This document shows positions 1-5,210 of a DNA stretch of 6,150 bases, piece after piece. This DNA comes from Candidatus Iainarchaeum sp. GTDB taxonomy: Archaea > Iainarchaeota > Iainarchaeia > Iainarchaeales > CSSED10-239. The stretch covers positions 1 to 6,150 of the forward strand of contig JAQUVR010000038.1 of the NCBI GenBank assembly GCA_028693335.1, written 5' to 3'. The position numbers and the translations under genes were made by a program. The stretch's first letter is position 1. Every line of letters begins with the position of its first letter. The notes below the pieces were generated by a model that was given only the letters and a program-made list of their open reading frames with translations, had not been told where the DNA came from and made no database searches.

Positions 1-170
1 ACTTTGCAAGAACTAAGAATTTTTTTTATATGTTCACTAGTTACAAAGACATCTTCTGGTAAAAGTTTATCAATTACTCTTTTGTAATTATAAATATTTA
101 AAAGTCTGAGTCCATCTTCAGTAATGATTAAATTCTTTTTATTTGCGTATTTTATTATTTGTTCGTCCAT
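1..170 (-). CDS. Partial CDS (first 56 codons; continues past the window start); possibly DNA polymerase II (PolD) small subunit DP1
   Basis: ATG at 170-168 and the frame stays open to position 1: MDEQIIKYANKKNLIITEDGLRLLNIYNYKRVIDKLLPEDVFVTSEHIKKILSSCK... It is missing from the supplied ORF track because it is truncated. It starts 8 nt after the UPF0147 stop codon on the same strand. The N-terminus resembles my memory of Thermococcales DP1 N-termini (MDE..K....K..YLITP....LL, then a F-I/V-x-x-E-x-I...L segment). The match is short, so the product call is weak. Confidence 0.35.
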   Translation of the reverse strand, partial: MDEQIIKYANKKNLIITEDGLRLLNIYNYKRVIDKLLPEDVFVTSEHIKKILSSCK

Positions 171-178
171 TACTTTCT

Positions 179-457
179 TTATTTAACTGTTTCTTTTAAT
201 TTTTCCAATTTGCTTATTAATGACCAAACCGCACTTCTACAAAATTGTGGCACATTGTTGTTGTTTGTAAGCTCTTCAAGTTCATACAATATGTTTGATA
301 TCTCTAATGCTGTACATTGATTTTGTAATCTTTTTTCAATATCGCAAATTAGGTTTTTCATAGTTTTTGGTATTGACCCATCTTCTTCTAGAAATTGTAT
401 TTCTAAAATTATTTCTTCAATTAATTTTTTATTAATTTCTTGATCTTTTTTTTTCAT
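179..457 (-). CDS. UPF0147-family small cytoplasmic protein (archaea-specific, function unknown)
   Basis: 92-aa ORF with no hydrophobic segment. Its layout matches the archaeal UPF0147 family as I remember it: N-terminal acidic helix (IEEIILEIQFLEED), 'SIPKTMKN' (compare IPKNIRR), and C-terminal 'NNNVPQFCRSAVWSLISKLE' (compare DPNMP..R..IW.....LE). A TATA-like tract lies about 30 nt upstream of the ATG. Confidence 0.65.
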   Translation of the reverse strand: MKKKDQEINKKLIEEIILEIQFLEEDGSIPKTMKNLICDIEKRLQNQCTALEISNILYELEELTNNNNVPQFCRSAVWSLISKLEKLKETVK

Positions 458-536
458 GTTTGATCTTTTCCGTTTCTTTTTAAAAATATAAAAAAATAGA
501 TAATATATTTGGGCAAAAAAATATTAATAAACCAAT
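458..536 (-). promoter_or_regulatory. Intergenic spacer: probable oligo-T terminator of the GTPase gene plus TATA-box promoter of the UPF0147 unit
   Basis: Read on the minus strand, a T7 run (plus-strand A7 at 515-521) lies about 16 nt after the GTPase TAG stop. A 'TTTTTATATTTTT' tract (plus 482-494) is centred about 31 nt upstream of the ATG at 457. T-runs and TATA-like words are frequent in DNA this AT-rich, so specificity is low. Confidence 0.3.
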
Positions 537-1427
537 CTATTTTGGTTCAATATTTAATAAATCTGATATTGTTATGTTCTTTTCCAAATCCATTTTTCCA
601 GAAAAGCTTGCAAGCACAACAAATTCTTTATTTGGATTATTTTCTTTTAATGAGTTTAACATATCTTCTTGTTCTTTTAGATCTAAATTATTATTATAAA
701 TAAAAACAACTAAATCTGCAAGAGTTTTTACTGCAACAATTGCTTGTTTTTCGATTTTGTTCATATCTTTAAATTCTAGATGTATTAATCCAGGAGTGTC
801 TATTACTTGAACCATTTTTTCTCTTTTACTAAAATATCCGATATTAAGTGCTTTTGTAGTAAAAGCGTAGCTATTTATTTCTGGATTAGCGTCTGTTATT
901 TTTGTAAGAACTGTTGTTTTCCCTGCATTTGGTATCCCTACCAGACAAATTGTGTATAGGTTGAAATTTGGTTTTGCTATTCTTTTATATTCTTTTGCTA
1001 AATTTAATAATTCTTCATTAGTTTTATCTAATTTCTTAATAACTGATGCAATTCTTCCAAAGAATTCTTTTTTTATAATAATTTGTTTTGCCAATTTACT
1101 TTTTTTATCTGTATATCTAAAAACCACTTTTTTATATTTCTCACAAAGTTTATTTATTATGTGTATTGTGCTTCTATAATGATTTTTATATCTTTCAAGA
1201 GTGCTTTCTGGAACAATATTTTTAGACATAAATCTATAATAATCATTCATTTTTTCATTATCTGGTAATTCATTAAGTATTTTTGTGTATTTTTCTGTTA
1301 TTAATAATTGATATGTTGAAATGTATTTTACTGCATTTTCTTTTTTTAGTAAATCTTTATTTTTTTTAATAGTATTTACAATAATGTCTAGCATTTCTTC
1401 TGATTTATAGACTTTTGGGAAATTCAT
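537..1427 (-). CDS. Nog1-family (NOG1_N + GTPase domain) GTP-binding protein, C-terminally short
   Basis: 296 aa. G1/P-loop 'GIPNAGKT' (codons 938-915), G2 'YAFTTK', G3 'DTPG'. The Nog1-typical block 'NKIEKQAIVAVKTLADLVVFI' follows G3. The N-terminal helical region has 'FFGRIASVIKKL' (compare GR..S). The expected NKxD G4 reads 'SGKMD' and the protein ends 16 residues later. Confidence 0.85.
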   Translation of the reverse strand: MNFPKVYKSEEMLDIIVNTIKKNKDLLKKENAVKYISTYQLLITEKYTKILNELPDNEKMNDYYRFMSKNIVPESTLERYKNHYRSTIHIINKLCEKYKKVVFRYTDKKSKLAKQIIIKKEFFGRIASVIKKLDKTNEELLNLAKEYKRIAKPNFNLYTICLVGIPNAGKTTVLTKITDANPEINSYAFTTKALNIGYFSKREKMVQVIDTPGLIHLEFKDMNKIEKQAIVAVKTLADLVVFIYNNNLDLKEQEDMLNSLKENNPNKEFVVLASFSGKMDLEKNITISDLLNIEPK

Positions 1428-1564
1428 GTTTTTTTCTCTTTAAGATATTTATTTAAAAAAGGTTGTGTTTATAATTATTATATATATAAAATATAATATA
1501 AGTCTATGTTATTAAAAAAATCAAATTTTAGTAAACAATTTTAATTTATTTTGAGGAATTATAT
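1428..1564. promoter_or_regulatory. Divergent promoter region between the GTPase gene (minus) and secF (plus)
   Basis: 137-bp spacer, nearly pure A/T. Minus strand: 'TTTAAATAAATA' (about 1446-1457) is centred about 24 nt from the ATG at 1427 and no Shine-Dalgarno is present, which suggests a leaderless mRNA. Plus strand: TATA-like 'TTTATAAT' (1468-1475) and 'TATATATAAAATATAATATAA' (1481-1501), then 'GAGGA' (1553-1557) 7 nt before the secF ATG. Confidence 0.4.
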
Positions 1565-2650
1565 ATGAAATTTATTACAGAAAAGAATTATAAACGCCTT
1601 ATGATTATTCCAATTATTATGTTGGTAATCTTTTTATTTTTAATTTTAGTTTATCCTGGAGTTCAACAAGGAATTGATCTTAAAGGAGGAAATCAACTAA
1701 TTTTAAGATATGATGAAAAAAGAGAATATGTTGGTTTAGATCAACAAATTATTCAAAATTTTGGTGTAAAAGAAGCAAAAGTAAGCGAAACTGTTAGCCC
1801 AACAGAATATGGTCTATTAGTTGAATTTTCTCATCAACCAGATATTGAAACAATTAGAGCTAATAAAGATAAATTAGATTATCTTAACAAAAATATAATT
1901 GATCTAAAAGAAGATGCAAAAGCATTATTAAGCCCATTAGTTGAGTTAAATTTCTTAACAACTTCTGATGTTGATTTTATTGATGATATAAAAAATAAAG
2001 ATGAATTAAAATCATATGTAAACGAATCTATTTTACTTGCAAATGATAATTTTAATAGTGAAGTAATTGATTTTATAAAAGGATATTTAAATCTTAAAGA
2101 CGATCAAAATGTAAGAACACAAACAAGAGAAGTTTCTGCAACACTTGGTAGTGATTTTGTTAAAACTTCTGTTACTGTTGGTTTGATTGCATTTATTTTA
2201 TTAACCATTGTTATTTTGTTTTTCTTTAAAGAAATTGTTCCATCAGGACTAATAATATTTTCAGCAATTTTTGATGTTCTTGCTGGTCTTGGTGGTATGG
2301 CGTTATTAGGTTTGCCATTAAGTTTAACTACAATCCCTGCATTATTAATGTTGGTTGGTTATTCTGTTGATACAGATATATTGTTAAGCACAAGGTTATT
2401 AAAACAAAGAAAAGGAGATGTATTTTCTGCAGCAAATAATTCAATGGCTACAGGACTTACTATGACTCTTACAACCTTAGCAACTGTTATTGTTATGATG
2501 ATAATTTCTTATTTTACACAAATGTTTGTAATATTAGAAATTGCAACAATATTGTTCTTTGGTTTGATTGGAGATCTATTTAGTACATGGTGTTTTAATG
2601 GCCCAGCATTAATTAGATATGTTTTACATAAAAACAAACAAAAACAATAG
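1565..2650 (+). CDS. secF: Protein-export membrane protein SecF (archaeal type, extended extracytoplasmic domain)
   Basis: 361 aa. N-terminal TM followed by 'GIDLKGG', an extracytoplasmic domain of about 170 aa, then 5 TM segments. SecF-diagnostic 'LVGYSVDTDILLSTRLLK' (compare bacterial GYSlNDTvVvfDRiRE), 'TGLTMTLTTL', and C-terminal 'GLIGDLFST'. SD-like GAGGA lies upstream. Confidence 0.9.
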   Translation: MKFITEKNYKRLMIIPIIMLVIFLFLILVYPGVQQGIDLKGGNQLILRYDEKREYVGLDQQIIQNFGVKEAKVSETVSPTEYGLLVEFSHQPDIETIRANKDKLDYLNKNIIDLKEDAKALLSPLVELNFLTTSDVDFIDDIKNKDELKSYVNESILLANDNFNSEVIDFIKGYLNLKDDQNVRTQTREVSATLGSDFVKTSVTVGLIAFILLTIVILFFFKEIVPSGLIIFSAIFDVLAGLGGMALLGLPLSLTTIPALLMLVGYSVDTDILLSTRLLKQRKGDVFSAANNSMATGLTMTLTTLATVIVMMIISYFTQMFVILEIATILFFGLIGDLFSTWCFNGPALIRYVLHKNKQKQ

Positions 2651-2667
2651 ATATGGATATTTTTAAA

Positions 2668-2674
2668 AAGGTGA
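2668..2674 (+). promoter_or_regulatory. Shine-Dalgarno sequence for secD
   Basis: 'AAGGTGA' lies 6 nt upstream of the GTG start at 2681 and is complementary to the conserved archaeal 16S 3' end (..GATCACCTCCT). It is the best SD match in the window and pairs with the only non-ATG start. Confidence 0.55.
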
Positions 2675-2680
2675 AATTTC

Positions 2681-4324
2681 GTGAAAAGTTTAATTAAAAA
2701 ACCAATTATTATAGTTTGGGCAATTTGTTTAATAATTGCAATATTTTTATTAGCTACAAAAGGTCTTCAATATGGTGTTGATTTTAGTGGCGGCACTGCA
2801 TTTTCTATAATTTTAGAAGAACCAGTAGCAACAGAAGACCTTTCAAGAGTAACCACTGTTATTTCTAGACGATTGGATTGGGCTGGATTAAAGGATGCTA
2901 AAGTAAATGCTGCTGGAAATCAATATATTACTGCCCAGATTGCTGAATCAGATCCAGAGGAAATTTCAAAACTTAGAACAAGTCTTTTAAGACAAGGTAA
3001 ATTTGAAGCAATTTTAGATGGAGAAATACTTTTTGTTGGTGAAGAAATTAGAGCTATTCAAAAAGATCCTGCAAAAGGTTATGGTGTTTCAACTATTGAT
3101 AAGAGCGGAGCATCTAGATGGGTTTTGCCATTTATGTTATCTCCAGAAGCTGCAGACAGATTTGCAAAAATGACTTTTCATAGATGTACACCAATTGGTT
3201 ATGGCACACAAATAGAATATGATTGTGAGAAAACATATTTTTTTATTGATAGACCAATTGATTCAATAATAATTATAGATAATGATACTTATTTTGCTGA
3301 AAGAGAGGTTCCATCAGCACCAGAATTATTACAAAGTGATTACATTAAGATTGAAGAAATATTAGCACAAGTAAAAACAAAATATTATGTTGTTGACTCT
3401 GAGCTTACATCAGATCAAGTAAATGAACTTACTTCTGATTTAAATGTTTATAGTAAGGTTATTGTTTCAAGTAATGTAACTAATTCCATAAAAGACCAAT
3501 TAAAAGAAATGGGATACAGAGTAACAATAAAAGAAAAAAGTAAAGACAGCATCCCTTGGATTTGGGAAGCTACAGGATTAAAATCAGTGATCTCTTTAAC
3601 AGACAGTGTTACAAATATGGATGCACCTACAACAGATTCTCCAAGATTTCAAAGATTTAATAATTTAACTATAACTGGTTCTGGAGAAACACAAGCACAA
3701 GCAAAAGAAAGACTTGATGATATTGTTGTTATTTTAGAGTCTGGATCTTTGCCAATAGCAATAGAGAGTATAAGTACTGAAACTATTTCTCCATATTTAG
3801 GTGATTCTTTCTTAAAGAATTCATTAATTATTGGTTTGTTTGCATTACTTACTGTTGCAATTGTTTTGTTTTTTAGATACAAATTATTTAATTTGATTTT
3901 ACCAATATTGGTTGCAGATCTTTCAGAAATTATTCTATTATTAGGTGCATTGTCTTTAATAAGTTATAGATTAGATCTGGCCTCTGTTGCTGGTGTTCTT
4001 GCAATAATCGGCACGGCTGTTGATCACAAAATTATAATTACAGATGAATTATTAAAAGGCAAAAAAGAAGAAGAAGATTCAAACGAAAGCCCAATTGCAA
4101 AAATAAAGAAAGCATTTTTTGTAATTTTTGCGTCAGCAGCAACAATTATGGCTACAATGCTTCCAATTGTTTTCTTTAGTATGGGATTAAGTAAATTGGT
4201 TGGTTTTGCTATAACTATTATATTTGGATCTTTAATAGGTATATTTATTTCAAGACCAGCATATGCAGAATTTGCTAAATATGTTGTTGGAAAAGCTAAA
4301 AAGAAGGCAGCAGATAAGGAATAA
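2681..4324 (+). CDS. secD: Protein-export membrane protein SecD (archaeal type, large P1 domain)
   Basis: 547 aa. The GTG start is forced: an in-frame TGA lies at 2672-2674 and the next Met is residue 152. TM1, then 'GVDFSGG', an extracytoplasmic domain of about 345 aa, then 5 TM segments. SecD-diagnostic 'IIGTAVDHKIIITDELLKG' (compare GMAVDANVLIFERIREE) and 'LVGFAITIIFG' (compare vkGFAvTL.iG). Confidence 0.9.
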   Translation: MKSLIKKPIIIVWAICLIIAIFLLATKGLQYGVDFSGGTAFSIILEEPVATEDLSRVTTVISRRLDWAGLKDAKVNAAGNQYITAQIAESDPEEISKLRTSLLRQGKFEAILDGEILFVGEEIRAIQKDPAKGYGVSTIDKSGASRWVLPFMLSPEAADRFAKMTFHRCTPIGYGTQIEYDCEKTYFFIDRPIDSIIIIDNDTYFAEREVPSAPELLQSDYIKIEEILAQVKTKYYVVDSELTSDQVNELTSDLNVYSKVIVSSNVTNSIKDQLKEMGYRVTIKEKSKDSIPWIWEATGLKSVISLTDSVTNMDAPTTDSPRFQRFNNLTITGSGETQAQAKERLDDIVVILESGSLPIAIESISTETISPYLGDSFLKNSLIIGLFALLTVAIVLFFRYKLFNLILPILVADLSEIILLLGALSLISYRLDLASVAGVLAIIGTAVDHKIIITDELLKGKKEEEDSNESPIAKIKKAFFVIFASAATIMATMLPIVFFSMGLSKLVGFAITIIFGSLIGIFISRPAYAEFAKYVVGKAKKKAADKE

Positions 4325-4334
4325 GGTAATATTT

Positions 4335-4775
4335 ATGAATTATTTATATCCTGTTGAGTTAATGGCTGACTTGCCATTTATTGGAGGAGTTATTGCTAAT
4401 TTAATTCTTGTTGCTTTTATTTTAATTTTATTAGTTTTTTTATTTTTAATAGTTTTATATGTTTATAGTTCACTTTGTTGGTATAAAATTGCAAAAAAAC
4501 TTAGATGTAAGCACGCATGGCTTGCATGGATCCCTTTTGCAAATTATTTCTTATTACCTTTGCTTTTAAAAAAGCACTGGGCGTGGGGATTTATGCTTCT
4601 TTTACCAATAGCAAATATTGTTTTTGCCATAATTTGGTGTTGGAAGATTTTTGAAAAATTAAAATATTCTGGTGCATGGAGTTTGTTGGTAATTGGTTTT
4701 TTTATTCCATTTTTGTCAGTCTTTGCAATCTTAGCACATCTTATAATTATTGGATTTATGGCTTTTTCTAAGTAA
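4335..4775 (+). CDS. 146-aa Trp-rich polytopic membrane protein, DUF5684-like; third cistron of the secFD operon
   Basis: The preferred start is the ATG at 4335, 10 nt after the secD stop, preceded by 'AAGGT' (4323-4327). The track start at 4263 would overlap secD by 62 nt and would add a basic, non-membrane leader. The core 'WYKIAKKLRCKHAWLAWIPFANYFLLPLLLKKHWAWGFMLLLPIANIVFAIIWCWKIFEKLKYSGAWS' follows the pattern I remember for the DUF5684 family (WKIFEKAGKPGWAAIIPIYN...GKPGWW.LL.LIP.VNIV...). About 4 hydrophobic spans. Confidence 0.6.
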   Translation: MNYLYPVELMADLPFIGGVIANLILVAFILILLVFLFLIVLYVYSSLCWYKIAKKLRCKHAWLAWIPFANYFLLPLLLKKHWAWGFMLLLPIANIVFAIIWCWKIFEKLKYSGAWSLLVIGFFIPFLSVFAILAHLIIIGFMAFSK

Positions 4776-4778
4776 TTT

Positions 4779-5210
4779 TTATTTTACTATTTTTTTTATT
4801 AATAATATTATTATTATAGCCATAAAAAACCAAGAAAGTATGTGCCCCACTTCTGTCAACACATAGCTGTTGCTTATTTTTTCAATAAATAGAATAAATA
4901 TAAGTCTTATTATATTTATAAAAAACAAAAAAATTATTGATAATATTGTCCAAAAAAAAGATATTTTTTTTTTAATAACTTTAAATGAAATAACTGTTGA
5001 TAACAATACAGAAATGGACACTATGCCACTACAAAATGGAACAAAAATAAAGTTGTGATAATTAAAATAGTTTCCAAACACAAGAATTATTAGATCTCTT
5101 TGTATTATTATTAGTTTTTCACCAATTGGCGTTGTTGTTAGTGTCAAGATAATATAAATTATTATAAATGTAATTATAAATTTTATTTTATTGATATTAT
5201 TTTTATTCAT
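4779..5210 (-). CDS. Minimal archaeosortase/exosortase-family protein (143 aa)
   Basis: All-membrane protein with about 5 hydrophobic spans. It carries the three family signature positions in the right order and context: 'VPFCSGIVSISV' (Cys60, codon 5033-5031), 'FFINIIRLIFI' (Arg102, 4907-4905) and 'EVGHILSWFF' (His123, 4844-4842). Its ATG overlaps the TGA of the upstream DUF92 gene (ATGA at 5210-5207). Confidence 0.6.
   Translation of the reverse strand: MNKNNINKIKFIITFIIIYIILTLTTTPIGEKLIIIQRDLIILVFGNYFNYHNFIFVPFCSGIVSISVLLSTVISFKVIKKKISFFWTILSIIFLFFINIIRLIFILFIEKISNSYVLTEVGHILSWFFMAIIIILLIKKIVK

Noticed and set aside
179-457. Small-gene pair (92 aa plus the downstream ORF) considered as a toxin-antitoxin module
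   Set aside because: The 92-aa protein matches the housekeeping-like UPF0147 family. The downstream ORF runs off the window and resembles a replication-protein N-terminus. There are no TA-family motifs.
509-703. 64-aa plus-strand ORF from the six-frame track
   Set aside because: It lies mostly antisense to the C-terminus of the well-supported GTPase gene. Its composition is low-complexity Leu/Tyr/Phe, typical of shadow frames in AT-rich DNA, and it has no SD or promoter.
952-1268. Two overlapping plus-strand ORFs (952-1179 and 1083-1268)
   Set aside because: Both are antisense to the GTPase gene. They are Phe/Ile/Leu-rich shadow ORFs with no recognisable motifs and are mutually exclusive frames.
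1481-1501. TA-rich 'tatatataaaatataatataa' tract considered as a tandem repeat or replication-origin element
   Set aside because: It is too short and irregular and has no ORB-like inverted repeats or flanking cdc6/orc1. It is best explained as TATA-box-like promoter DNA in the divergent intergenic region.
2653-2697. 14-codon mini-ORF (MDIFKKVKFREKFN) spanning the secF-secD spacer and overlapping the secD start
   Set aside because: It is out of frame with secD, has no SD, and is of a size expected by chance. Nothing suggests a leader peptide.
3401-3442. Short internal repeat 'ELTSD..ELTSD' in the SecD P1 domain
   Set aside because: It is only two imperfect 5-residue copies, which is compatible with chance in a low-complexity linker.
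3649-3882. 77-aa minus-strand ORF inside secD
   Set aside because: It is antisense to a strongly supported secD region that includes conserved TM segments, and it has no start context.
4263-4334. Longer version of orf146 starting at the ATG at 4263 (170 aa)
   Set aside because: It would overlap the secD 3' end by 62 nt and add a basic, non-membrane 24-residue leader (MQNLLNMLLEKLKRRQQIRNKVIF). The ATG at 4335 has an AAGGT SD and lies 10 nt after the secD stop. The longer form cannot be fully excluded.
4690-4775. C-terminus of orf146 ('IPF' + hydrophobic helix + 'SK') considered as an archaeosortase sorting signal, given the adjacent archaeosortase-like gene
   Set aside because: The protein is polytopic rather than a secreted substrate. 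This last helix matches the conserved final TM of the DUF5684-like family, and the basic tail is a single Lys. The resemblance is superficial.
4870-5058. 62-aa plus-strand ORF inside the archaeosortase-like gene
   Set aside because: It is an antisense shadow ORF. The minus-strand frame carries the coherent TM pattern and the Cys/Arg/His motifs.
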